NCBI RefSeq assembly: GCF_963921235.1
Contig: NC_086097.1
Span: 64,730,001-64,794,000, forward strand
Direction of reading: 5' to 3'
Length of the DNA: 64,000 nucleotides
Origin: Mobula hypostoma
Taxonomy: Eukaryota
Of the stretch, positions 26,173-38,526 are shown piece after piece; within the stretch, counting starts at the first letter, position 1; every line of letters starts with the position of its first letter. The notes beneath the pieces are model-generated. The model made no database searches. It saw only the letters and a program-made list of their open reading frames with translations, and was not told where the DNA came from. The position numbers and the translations under genes are program-made.

Positions 26173-26959
26173 GTAGGGCCTAAGCAAAACAGACTGCATA
26201 GATATGAAAGCATTTATTAAGTAAAATACTCCCCCAAGACATCTGGAGTTTTCTCATAAACCCCAGGGAAGCTCTGGAGTGGCAGCAACCTTGCTGAAAG
26301 TGAGCAAACTTGATGTGAGGGAGTTGAAGGAAGGGTGAATCATCAATCTGTAATGTCAACTTGATTCCTCTCTCCACAAACATCTCCAGACTTTGAGTAT
26401 CTCCATAATTTTCTGTTTCATTTCAGGTTTCTTGTATCTGAGGTATTTTGCTTTGTAAGTCCTCTGATTGTCCAGGTAGATTGGCTTTACTGAACCTTCA
26501 GAATATGGAAAACAAATTTCTTGAGAAGGCAGAATTACAGAAAGAACCCTTACCTTAAAGCTTCCATAGGCGTAGTGCATATGTGGTATTGTTAACAAAA
26601 CAATGACTGATACTCTGAACTTGGCACCTTTATGATATGAGTGGTTAAACTGACACCAGAGAAGCTAGCCAACAGGGAAGCGAGAAGTAACACTGCTATA
26701 ATAAAGATGTCTATTTTCTCAGTCATATTTTTTCATATTTCAATTAAGCCTTTTATGTCTTAGCAATGCATATAGAGCATTAACCTGAAATATATATATG
26801 GTTGCTTACACCAAATCTCACTTTTTCAGTCTGGCTGGTGAGGAGGATTCTGTTGTTATTAACATATGATTTCAGTCTAAGAAAACACAATTCTTATCGA
26901 GTGGGTTTGAAGCTTGATCAATTGCTGTGTGCAGAGAAGTGGACTAGTCAAAATTTTAA

Positions 26960-27297
26960 AATTATTGATTTATTTAAAGGCTGTGGACATCACTATCGAA
27001 TAATTATTACTCAGCTGAGGAGGGAATTAACAATCTGCCACATTACTGGGTCTGAAATTACATAAAAGACAGACTAGACAAGAAAAGCAGATTTCCTTCC
27101 CCAAAAGGGCATTAGTAAACCAGACTGGTGTTTGCAACATAATTGTAGTTTCATGGTTACCATCACTAAGAGAGATTCTATTTTAATTTAATTATTTGAA
27201 TTTAAATTCTCATCTGTCTCGGATACATTTAAATTGTCCCTGGGTCAACGGTCCAGACTTCTGGATGCAAGTCTATTAACTTAACCAGCACGATAGT
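26960..27297 (-). mobile_element. Old tRNA-derived SINE
   Basis: gcagatttccttcc..cattagtaaaccagactgg..tttcatggttacca; related remnants at about 24660-24830 and 59670-59780. Confidence 0.45.
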
Positions 27298-27564
27298 ACT
27301 CTTTCTAGAAGTACAAAAAAACATCAACTGTAATGATAATCAAACAAAGGATACGGTGCCATTTCCCCACTCTTTCCTAAGCAAATAAATTCCAGTCTGC
27401 TGTGGATGAAAGCTTGAGATAACCATGAACAGAGTCAATAAACCATGTATTTTGGATTCATGGATTTAAAGGAAGAGGAGTAAATTACAAAACATGTATG
27501 TTATAATAAATGTTTCTAAATCATCGATTAGAAGTCCCCTTAACTATGTGCCCACTTTGATTCA

Positions 27565-27960
27565 TAATACTGGATAGAGATTGGTAGGTAATACATGGAA
27601 CCAGATTTGTGGGGGGTGGGGGGGTGGAGAGATGATGTGTCAATGAAACCAGGTTGCGGAGGGGTTGACCAGGGCTGGCAGGTGATACGAGTAGATGCGA
27701 TGGGAAGATGGGTATGATAGCAGTGCAGAAGGCTGAGGATAGACATGCCATTGTGAGAGCGGGAAGGAGAACCAAAATGACATGCAAAAGGAAATCTGAA
27801 ATGGCTGTTGTGGACCCGCAAAACACTTGCTCAGTTTATACATAGTTCCACCAATGCACAGGAGGCTGCATCGAGAGCACAGAATGATGGAATGCAGCAT
27901 ACCAGGCTGGAAGTGGTGCAAGCAAACCTGCCTCACCGGGGAGGGTTGCCAGGACCACCA
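27565..27960 (-). mobile_element. Penelope-like GIY-YIG fragment
   Basis: ILCSRCSLLCIGGT..FA in ORF 27640-27936. Confidence 0.6.
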
Positions 27961-28074
27961 ATGGTGGGGGGGAAAAAAGAGGCAATACCTCTAGAATTAG
28001 TCTGTTAATCAATCACTACATATTGCAACTTGTAGTACAGAACCCAGACAAAGTTAGAGTACTTTTATATACTA

Positions 28075-28291
28075 CAACACACACAAAATGCTGGACAAAC
28101 TCAACAATCAAGCAGCATCTATGGAGGGGAATAAACAGATGACATTCCAGGCCGAAGTGCTTCATTAGGCCCTGATAAAAGTCTTGGCCAGAAATGTTGA
28201 CTGTTTATTTCCCTCCATAGATGCTGCCTGACCTGCTGAGTCCCTCCAGCATTTTGTGTGTTGCTCAAGATTTCCAGCATCTGCAGCATCT
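28075..28291. mobile_element. Decayed PLE-derived foldback element
   Basis: Imperfect inverted arms of about 90 bp (cacacaaaatgctgga.. / ..tccagcattttgtgtg) centred at about 28170, with an unpaired tail gatttccagcatctgcag. Confidence 0.75.
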
Positions 28292-29239
28292 ACTTTTATT
28301 TTCCATTGTGCACATTTCAGCTTTTGGTTTCTCTGCTCATTGCTAAGAAACCATTCATACTCTGTCGCTCATTCTCATCTATGCCTTTGTAATCAGGCTT
28401 CAGCTGCCTCTATTTGGGGCTCAGCCTCTCATCCAAAGTCTGCTGAAGAGCTTCTTTAATTAACCATTATGCCACAGATGTTATTGATTTCTGTTTTCAA
28501 ATGCAGTTGAAACATCATTCTGTTGGATAATAGCCAATGCCAAGGCATGAATTTTTTTGTGCTCAGCTTTTCTTCCTAAGTACTGAAACAGAAACAGTAT
28601 TGAACAGTAGGAACTGGAAAGTCTAACTGTTATAGAATCTATGGCATTGATTTTTGGAGCTGCCAACATGATGGGTCTTTTAATTTAGAATTTAAGAATT
28701 GTTTGCTGGGGCACGTTTCACTGGAATGTGCTTTTTAAACACAGGATTTGAAAAACGTGCTGAAGTTTAATCAGGGCCAGAAATCTTGCTTGAGCAGATT
28801 GGCATGACTGACAAACCAAATTTGTGAGCATTGATTTCAGTTAGTCTGAGAAAACTGCAAGTATTTCTTCTTGATGGTTTTACAACCTTTTCCCCTCACC
28901 TTTCCTTAAAAATTCTCATTTCTGCTTCCTGAAAATGCATAATTGCACACTCTCTAATGCTCTTCCAGGTGCATTATTTCCTGTGCATTTTTCATTTTTA
29001 TTTCTTGGTATGTTTTAATATTGATATATTTTGCCACATATCACAATAATTAACTTGATGCTGTTAAGAATAAATAGAGCATCAATGCAAATGACTCTAA
29101 TTCTGATTTTAAAGGAGATACAAGTTCATTTTTGCATTTATATTTAAAGACTATGTTGCTTCATAATATATCACAGTGATCTGGGCACAACATAATATGA
29201 AGAAACTGAATGAAATGTAATTATGAATTACATTTATTG

Positions 29240-31447
29240 AAAGAACATAAAATATTACAGCACAGGACTAGGCCATTCCCATTTGGCCCACAATTTCTGT
29301 GTCAAATTAATTATTTTCTGCCTGTGTATGATTTATATCCCCCTGTTCCTTGCATATTCCTGTGTCTAACAGCCTCTTAAGCACGACTCTCATATCTGCT
29401 TCCACACTTCCCTCTAACAGCCCATAGCAGGTACCTAGCACTGTGTAAGAAAACTTGTCCTGCACATCATCTTTCAACTTTCCACTTCTCAGTTTAAAGC
29501 TATGCCCTCTAGTGTTTGACATTTCAACCCTGAGAAAAAAATTCTAACTCTACCGTATCAATGCCTTTCATAATTTTACAAACTTCAGGTCTTCCTCAGC
29601 CTCTAACCCTCCAGATATGGTTGCAACATGACTTCTTGACTCACTCAGTGTCCTGACCAGTGAAGGCAAACATACCATTTGCCTTCTTTATCATTCTATC
29701 AATTGGCAAGGCTACCTACAGTGGGCTTTAGACTTAGAACATATAACATAGAACACAGAAGTGTACAGCACAGGAACAGCCCTTTTGGCCCACAATGTTG
29801 TGCCGAACCAGCCAAAAAGCAAATAAAAAACTCCCAAACACTAATCCTTCTTCCTACACCATGTCCATATCCTACGTCTTCCTTACATCCATGTGCCTAT
29901 CCTAACGTCTCTTAACAGCCTCTAACGTATTTGCTTCCACCACCATACCAGGCAGCACATTCCAGGCATCAATGTCTCTCTGAGTAAAAAACTTACTCCT
30001 TATATCCCTCTCACCTTCAATGCATGCCCTCTGGCATTAGACATTTAATCTTACCCCAAGGTCAGAAGTTAAAACCCAACTCTCAACAAATATTATTGGA
30101 AATAATTTCTGCATAAGTATAGGATGTTTCTTTCTCCTCTCAACAGATAAGGTCAACCAAAACCACAAGCAATTGCAAACATCTTCAAGTACGGAGACAA
30201 GTACCATTGTAGCAATGTAGAAATCCAATCCATCTTGAGGAGGTGATCAGGGTAATCAATGAAGATAGAGAAGTAGATATTGTCCATATGGATGTTAGTA
30301 AGTCTTTGGTGAGATGCTTCATGATAGGCTCAACTAAAAGATGAAAATGCATGGGATCCATCGTCATTTTGTTGTTTAGATTCAGATGAGGCTTGTCTGT
30401 AGAAGACAAAGACTATAAGGCCATAAGACATAGGATCAGAATTAGGCCATTTAGCCCATTGTGTCTGCTCCGTTAATCCATCATGGCTGATCCATTTCCC
30501 TCTCAGCCCTATTTTCCTGCCTTCTACCCATAACCTTTCACTTTAATCAAGATCCTATCAACCTCTGCCTTAAATGCACCCAGTGATCTAGCCTCCACAG
30601 CCGCTTGTGGCAATGAATTCCATATATTTACTCCCCTCTGGCTAAAAAAGTTTCTCCTTATGTCCGTTCTAAATGGACATCCCAACACAGACCCCTGCGG
30701 TACACCACTAGTTATTGGCAGCCAATACAAAGAGGATTCCCTTAATCCCATTGTTTGCCTCCTACCAATAAGTCAATGGGCTACCCATTCTAGTACCTTT
30801 CCTGTAATATTCTGGGCTCTTGTTTAGCAGCCTCATGTGCAGCACCTTGTCTAAGGCCTTCTGAAAATCAAAGTACACAACAGCCACCAATTTTCCTTTG
30901 TCTATCCTATTTGTTATTTCTTCAAATAATTCCAACAAATTTGTCAGGCAAGATTTTCCCTTAAGGAAACCATACTGAGTTTGTCCTATTTTATCATGTG
31001 CCTCTAAGTTCCCCAAAACCATATCTTTAACAATTGATTCCAACATCTTTCTAACTACTGAGGTCAGACCAAATGGCCTATAATTTCCTTTCCTTGGAGA
31101 GTGGAGTGACATTTGCAGTTTTCCAGAACCATTCCAGAATCTAGTGATTCTTGAAAGGTCATTACTAATGCCTTCACAATCTCTTCAGCTGCCTCTTTCA
31201 GAACCCTGGGATGTAATTCACCAGGTCCAGGTGACCTATCTTCCGACCTTTCAGTTTCCCAAACATCAAAATCTCTCCAGTAATAGCAACTACACTCACT
31301 TCTGCCTTTTGACACTCTTGAACTTCCAACATATTACTAGTGTCTTCCACAGTGAAGGCGGATGCAAAATACTTATTCAGTTTGTCTGTCATTTCCTTGC
31401 CCCCCTCCCCACCATTACTATCTCTCTAGTGTCATTTTCCAGCAGTC
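29240..31447 (-). mobile_element. Cluster of CR1 fragments (mostly minus; plus-strand piece about 30200-30410)
   Basis: TRGHSFK (29307-29522), SGVPQGSVLG joined to RRNFFSQR (30524-30751), GKSCLTNLLE/DFQKA (30762-31112), SPGP..HPRVLKE. Confidence 0.8.
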
Positions 31448-31485
31448 CTGGGATCACCTGGACAATACTAACACCTATATCACAA

Positions 31486-31708
31486 ACAACAGGAATTCTG
31501 CAGATGCTGGAAATTCAAGCAACATACATCAAAGTTGCTGGTGAACGCAGCAGGCCAAGCAGCATCTATAGGAAGAGGCACAGTCGACGTTTCAGGCCGA
31601 GACCCTTCGTCAGTCCTGACGAAGGGTCTCGGCCTGAAACGTCGACTGCGCCTCTTCCTATAGATGCTGCTTGGCCTGCTGCGTTCACCAGCAACTTTGA
31701 TGTATGTT
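31486..31708. mobile_element. Young PLE-derived foldback element with 93-bp inverted arms and 13-bp TSD
   Basis: Arms 31521-31613 and 31616-31708 are reverse complements at 92/93 positions. acctatatcacaa at 31473-31485 and 31709-31721. Confidence 0.92.
31611..31648 (+). ncRNA. Minimal type I hammerhead ribozyme motif
   Basis: CAGTC-CTGACGA-A-GGGTCTCGGCCT-GAAA-CG-TC-GACTG. Helix I CAGTC/GACTG, intact core boxes, helix II, palindromic ACGT helix III; predicted cut after 31643. Confidence 0.7.
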
Positions 31709-32739
31709 ACCTATATCACAATGCTGTTTATTGACTACAGCTCAGCTTTAAACACAATCATTCCTACAGTTCTGATTGAAAAGTTCCAAAACCAGGGTTT
31801 CTGTACCTCTCTCTGCAACTGGATCCTCGATTTCCTAACCGGAAGACCACAATCTGTTCGGATCGGAAATAACATCTCTACCTCACTGACCATCAACACT
31901 GGCGCACCTCAGGGGTGTGTGCTTAGCCCGCTGCTCTACTCTCACTACACCCATGACTGTGCAGCTAAGCACAGCTCAAATACCATCTATAAATTTGCTG
32001 ATGACACAACCATTGTTCACAGAACTTCAGCTGGTAACAATAGGGAGTACAGGAGTGAGATATATCAGCTAGTAGTGTCGCAGAAACAACTTTGCACTCA
32101 ACGTCAATAAAACCAAAGAACTGATTGTGGACTTCAGAAAGGTTAAGATGAGGGAACACATACCAGTCTTTATAGAGGGCTCAGGAGTGAAGAGAGTGAG
32201 CAATCTCACATTTCTGGATGTCAACATCTCTGAGGGATCTATCCTGGGCCCATCAATACAGCTACAAGTAAGGCATGACAGCAGCTAAATTTCTTTAGGA
32301 TATTGAAGAGATTTGGTATTTCACCAAAGACACTTAAAAGTCTCTATAGATGTACCATGGAGAGCATTATAACTGGCTGCATCACCATCTGGTATAGGGG
32401 ATTGGGGGGGGGGAGGGTGCATCAGCTACTGCACAAGATTGAAATAAGCTGCAGAGACTTGTAAACTTAGTCAGCTCCATCATGGGCACTGGCCTCCACA
32501 GTATCCAGAACATCTTCATGCAGCAATGCCTCCAACAGGCAGTAGTTATCATTAAGGACCCCCATCACCTAGGACATGCCCTGTTCTCATTTCTCCCACC
32601 AGGAATTAGGCACAGGAGTCTGAAGGCACACACTCAACAATTCAGGAACAGCTTCTTCCCCTCTCTCATCAGATTACTGAATGGACATTTAACCCATGAA
32701 CACTATCTTACGATTTTATTTTTGTATTACTTATACATA

Positions 32740-33280
32740 CTTGGTTCCTTAGGGTTGTTAGAGTCAGAGGTGGTAATGGGGACATGCTCCCATTACCTAT
32801 TAAATGCTCCCAATGGCATGCGCCTCAAATAGCCCCCAACAACCAAGTCCAGCTCCTGGCCTGTACATGTGGCTTAGCTACTAAGCCCAGCAGAACCGTT
32901 TCTACTGATAAGGGAAGGGGCAAAGGTAGGTTACTAGCACCTTAAAACCAGTCGCTTGTCAGCCATGGTTGGCAGCTCATCTAGCAGAAGGAAAATTCTG
33001 ATCTCAAACCTCCGCTGCCTTACAGCAATGAGGAAGGCTTTGGAAGTAAACCCCAAAGAGCTGGAGTCCTTAAGGCAGTCCCTACATTGAGTTCAATGCC
33101 AACTGGCAAAATCCTGCGTCGCTGTATCGGTCTCTGCTGTACCTTTGGGTTCATCAGCTGCGTGCAGATGGGGAGCTTGCTACATGGACAACAGCTTGCT
33201 CTCCATATTGTACTGCCCAGACTTTCATATCTAGACAGCCAGAATACAATATCCATGGTCAACTCCGACCAACAGAGACC
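32740..33280 (+). mobile_element. Non-coding insertion resembling an RTE 5'UTR-derived SINE
   Basis: Interrupts the Rex 3' UTR; contains gcagaaggaaaattctgatctcaaacc, like RTE 5'UTR motifs. Confidence 0.4.
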
Positions 33281-33424
33281 CTCACTATTCACGTATATAT
33301 TCTTACTATAATTCAGTTTTTTTTCTATTATTATGTATTGCACTGTACTGCTGCTGCAAAGACAACAAATTAAAGATACATGCCGGTGAAATTAAACCTG
33401 ATACTGATTCTGATTCCAATTCCA

Positions 33425-34640
33425 ATATCTACTCTTGCCTCTCTTGTACTCTGGTATCATTTTAGATATTATTGGTGAGCATACCTTCATATTTCATCTT
33501 TTCCCCTTGTGTGTTTTTTTAGTTGCCTTGATTTTTAAAAGTTTTCCAATGCTGTAACTTCCCACTAATTCTTGCACTTTTAAATGCCCTCTCTTTTGTA
33601 TATTATGTTAGCTTTGACTTCCATTGTCAGGCATGATTGGTTTTCCTGTCTTTAGAATACTTCCAGTGTTCGAAAGGTCTTATTCTGGCTGGAGGTCCAT
33701 GATGTTGTCTGCGATAATGTCTGATAGTGGTGTTTCACAAGTGTTCTGCAGTGATCTGTACTGGGACCTCCAATGTTTGTGATCCATATGAATGACTTGT
33801 ATGAAAATATAATGACTGGGTTAGTCATTTTGCTGATGACAAAGATTGGTGGCATTGTGGATAGTTTGGGAAGTTGCCAAAGGGTACATTGGGATACAAG
33901 TCAGTTGCAGACATGGGTGGAGAAATAGCAGATAAGGTTTCATTTGGACAATTGTGAGGTGTTGCACTTTGGAAAGTCAAATGTAAATGAAAAGCATATA
34001 GTTAATGGCAGGACCACTAACAGTATTGATGTAGAGGGATCCAAGTCTATGGCTGCTTGAAAGTGGCTACACAAGTTGATAAAGATGGTAAAGAAGGCAT
34101 ATAGCATGCTTGCCTTATTAGTCAAGTTCAGGAGTTAGGAAGTTATGTTACAGCTTTATAAAACTGTGCTTTTGCCACATCTGAAATATTACATACAATT
34201 CTGGTTGCTTCTTTCTGGAAGACTGTGGAGCCTATGGGAGGGTTCAGAAGAGGTTTACCAAGATGCTATAAGGAGAGATTGGACAAACCAAGATTGTTTT
34301 CTCTGGAGTGGCAGAGAGTGAGAGGAGACCTTATATATGTTATAAAAATATAAGATGCATAGATAGAGTAGCCAGCAGTATATTTTTCCCCAGAGTCAAA
34401 ATGTTTAATACTAGAGGGGAAAGTGCAAAGGAACCATGCAGTGCTATTTTTTTTTTACACACACACACACACACACACGGGTGAATACCTGAAATGCAGT
34501 ACCAGGAGTGGTGCTGAAGGTAGATACAACAAAAGAATGAAAGGATAATGAAGATGTGCAGACGAGAGGGATTAGATGTCATTAGTTTAATTCATATGGT
34601 AAAACATCATGGGCTGAAGGGCCTGTTCCTGTACTATACT
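33425..34640. mobile_element. CR1 fragments (minus 33425-33660; plus 33670-34640) including an (AC)n tract at about 34457-34478
   Basis: tttgctgatgacaaagattgg, tgtgaggtgttgcactttgg, gggctgaagggcctgttcctgt 3' end. Confidence 0.75.
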
Positions 34641-35054
34641 CTTCATAGAGAACTATGGACATATTCTCTGCCGTATAACAAATCGACACAAAATTAGGAG
34701 AACATTGCCAACCTCTGTACCTGATTTTTTCTGAGCTCACATTTGACTGCGTCAATTGAGAGGGATAATGGAAATCCTCAAATACATAATTCCATATCTA
34801 CTACTACTGTTACACAATGACATCTGAATTAGGATTTTAACAATCCATAATTCCATGGCTGAACATAATCCTTACTTTGCTAAAAGGGTCATGTCAAAAG
34901 GGTCAACCCTAATTCAAAGGATGTGCAAGAAGCGACACCAGAAATTCCTGAAAATGAAGTGACAAAGCTGTAAAAAAGCCAACATACATAATAATCAGTG
35001 AAAATTACATGCAATAGGCACCAAGGTATGCATGCCAAAATCAACAGACTAAAC

Positions 35055-35360
35055 CAATCACCTCCTTCTGGTTCACCACCTCCTTTCCTTTATCCTATGG
35101 TCTATCGTCCTTTCCTTTCAGATTCCTTTGCTTCTTTCATGTATCATCTTAGCTTCTAACATCATTCCCTCTCATCTTCCCCACCCAAATACATTTCTCC
35201 ACTCTTCAGGACTCACCCATCATCTGCCAGCTTGTGCTCCTCACCTTCCCCCTAACTTTTTACTCTGACTTGTGCCCTCTTCATTTCTAGTCCTGATGAA
35301 GGGTCTTGGCCTGAAATGTGGACTGTTCATTTCCCTCTATAGATGCTGCCTGACTTATGT
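35055..35360 (+). mobile_element. Penelope-like 3' end with hammerhead-like core
   Basis: tagtcCTGATGAagggtcttggcctGAAAtgtggactg at about 35288-35325. Confidence 0.7.
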
Positions 35361-35994
35361 TGCTTCAGACTAAATCAATGATCTTTAGGCCTGGCGTATC
35401 TGAGAGTGCAGCCAGAGCAGAGGCCATTCTTCAAACAAATTTTATTTAATCCTTACAATATCAAGAAGCAGCTGAAAGAGAATCACGAAAAAAGTCATGG
35501 GATGAAATTATTCGACTGAAATCATGAACACCAGAAATATCCACACCTCTAGTCAAGCTGTTCCATTGTAATAACAAAGGCCAACAATATGGAGACACAG
35601 TCCAAATGAAATCTCATCCCGAAACATTGACTGTCTATTTCCCCCAATGCTGCCTGACCTACTGAGTTCCTCCAACTGCTTGTTTTTAGCCAACATGTCC
35701 TTTTCAAAATAGGCAGAAGAAACCTAATCAACTTAATTACTCCTTATCAATCGATTCTTGCTCATTGGCTAACAAACAGCAATTTTACCAATAGCCTGCT
35801 CAGCATCACCCAGTTTAGATTTAGCCAGGACAACTTGGTCCCCAATCTCATCACAGTATTAACCCAAACAGATTTAAAAATTGAATTCCAGAGGTCAACT
35901 GAGGTGAGAGTAATTATCTTTGACATGAAGATAGCATATGATGGAGCATGGTGTCAAGCAGCCCTGTTAAAACTGAAGTCAATGGGCGTCGAAG

Positions 35995-37170
35995 AATAAG
36001 ACCACAAGACCATAAGACATAAGAGTGCATAATTATGCCATTCAGCCCATTAAGTCTGCTCCGCCAGTTCAACATGGCTGATCTTGGATCCTACTTAACC
36101 CCATACACCTGCCTTCTTGCCATATCCTTTGATGCCCTGACCAATCAGGAAACTGTTAACTTCTGCTTTAAATATAAACACTTGGCCTCCACCACAGTCT
36201 GTGGCAGAGCACTCTACAGATTCACTATTCTCTGGCTAAAAAAAAACCTCCTTACCTCTGTTCTAAATGGTCGCCACTCAATTTTGAGGCTGTGCCCTCT
36301 AGTTCTGGATACCCCCACCATAGGAAATATGCTCTCGACATCCACCTTATCTAGTCCTTTCAACATTTGGTAGGTTTCAATGAGATCCCCACACATTCTT
36401 CTAAATTCCAGTGAGTACGGGCCCAAAGCTGCCAAACACTCCTCATATATTAAACCCTTCATTCCCGGAATCATCCTAGAGAACCTCCTCTGGACTCTCT
36501 CCAATGACAACACATCCTTTCAGAGATATGGGGCTCAAAACTGTTGACAATACTCCAAGTGTGGCCTGACCAGTGTCTTGTAAAGCCTTAGCATTATCTC
36601 CTAGCTTATATATTCTATTTCCCTTGAAATAATTGCCAATATTACATTTGCCTTCCTTACCACAGACTCAACCTGTAAATTAATCTTCTGCGAGTCCTGT
36701 AGGACTCCTAAGTTTCTTTGCATCTCTGCTGTTTGAATTTTCTCCCCATTTAGATAATAATCTGCACTATTGTTCCTTTTACCAAAATGCATTATCATAC
36801 ATGCTTCCTCAGCACAAGCTACCCCTCCATCTATCTTTATATCATCTGCAAACTTAGCAACAAAGCCATCAATTCTATTATCTAAATCACTGACAAATAA
36901 TGTAAAAAGTAGCAGTCCTAATTCTGACCACTGAGGAACACCAGTAGTCACTGGCAGCCAACCAGAAAAGGCCCCTTTATTCCCACTCGCTGCCTTCTGC
37001 CTGTCATCCATTTCTTTATCGATGCCAGTATCTTTACCTCAAATCTCACACCTTAGCTACTATTTGGAGGCCTATATATGATTCCCATAATGGTTCTTTT
37101 TTACTCTAGCAGTTTCTTAACTACACCCATAAAGATTCAACATTCTCTGACCCCATGTTACCTCTTCTCC
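35995..37170 (-). mobile_element. CR1 LINE fragment
   Basis: ORFs 36214-36513 and 36601-37011 (TGVPQ, KFADD, ERVQRRF); accataag repeat tail. Confidence 0.88.
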
Positions 37171-37419
37171 ATTGGTGGTGCCTACTGGCTGGCACCAGGT
37201 TAATCGTCTCGCTCCAGGACATTCATAAAGAAGTGTGATGGAATTCTCTTCTTTTACAAGGAATTGCACAGGTATAACAACTCTGAAGACATTCAACACC
37301 ATTCAGGACAAAATAGCCCGTTCCTTTCACTCATCCGCCATCCTAAACATTCATTTGCTCCATTATCCATTACACTTGCATAATACAAGGGAGTTATCTC
37401 CATTATACAAGACCAATCC

Positions 37420-38150
37420 AACAGCATCTGTCATCTCCCTCCCCTTACTCAATCTCTGTATCTCCATCTCTGGAACCAAACTGTCGACTGACATCTTTTA
37501 TAAACCTACCAATTTCCATGGCTATCTTGACTATACCACTTCCCATCCCGTCTCCTGTAAAAATGCTACTTCCAATCCTCAGTTCCTATGTCTCTGCTGC
37601 ACCTGTTCCCAGGATGCAGCTTTTCTTTCCAGGAGATCAGAGAGGTCCTATTTATTTCTTCAGAGAACATGGTTTCCCTCAATCTACCATTGATGCTGCC
37701 CTCACCCGTACCTCCTTCATTTTCTGAACATCCGCACTTACCCCATCTTCCCACCGCCTTAACAGTAATAGGGTTCCTCTTGTTCTTACCCAGCATGAAC
37801 CTCCACGTCCAACACTTCATCTTCTGCAACTTCTGCTATCTCTAAAGGGATCCTACCACCAAACATATCTTTACCTCCATCCCCCTCTGCTTTCTGTAGG
37901 GATTATTCCCTGCATGATTCCCTTGTCCATTTCTTCCTCCCCATTAATCTCCCTCCTGGCACTTATCCCTGCAAGCAGCAGAAGTGCTACACCTGCCCAT
38001 TTACCTCCTCCTCACCTCCATTCAGGGCCCAAACAGGCCTTCCAGGTGAGGCAACATTTCACCTGTGAATCAGCTGATAGTGTCTACTGTGTCCAGTGCT
38101 CCCGATGTGGCCTCTACATTGACAAGACCCATCATAAATTGGGGGACATG
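37420..38150 (+). mobile_element. Penelope-like RT-thumb plus GIY-YIG fragment
   Basis: STDIFYKPTNFHGYLDYTTSHP; FTCESADSVYCVQCSRCGLYIDKT. Confidence 0.85.
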
Positions 38151-38468
38151 ACTTGCTCCACACAAAGCCATGCTGACTTCCTAACTAGGTCATCATTTTC
38201 CAAATGTTCATAAATCTGATCCCTATGAATTCTGTCCAATAGTTTCCTCATCATTGATGTAACACTCACTGATCTACCGCATAGCTTCCAGGATAATCTT
38301 TATTTCTGTTCTTGAAAAATGGAACATAAGCTAACCTCCAGTCTGCTGGGACATTACCTGCAGCTAGATGTTACACAGATCTTGGTAATGACTCCAGCAA
38401 TCTCATCTCTTGCCTCCCTCGGAGTACATCTCATCAGTCCCTGGGGACTTATTTACCTTAATGCTTTT

Positions 38469-38526
38469 AAGAGACCCAACAGAACCTCTTTATCTCAAAG
38501 AGACCCAACAGAACCTCTTTATCTCA
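38469..38526. repeat. Exact 29-bp tandem duplication within a decayed CR1
   Basis: aagagacccaacagaacctctttatctca x2. Confidence 0.9.

Larger units (their letters stand above)
31450..33420 (+). mobile_element. Rex1/Babar-like LINE fragment with two nested insertions
   Basis: [50 protein letters not shown]; (ctgatt)n tail at about 33400-33420. Confidence 0.85.

Noticed and set aside
31144..31734. 196-aa ORF crossing the foldback element
   Set aside because: Chimera of antisense CR1, Rex and palindrome sequence; no domain.
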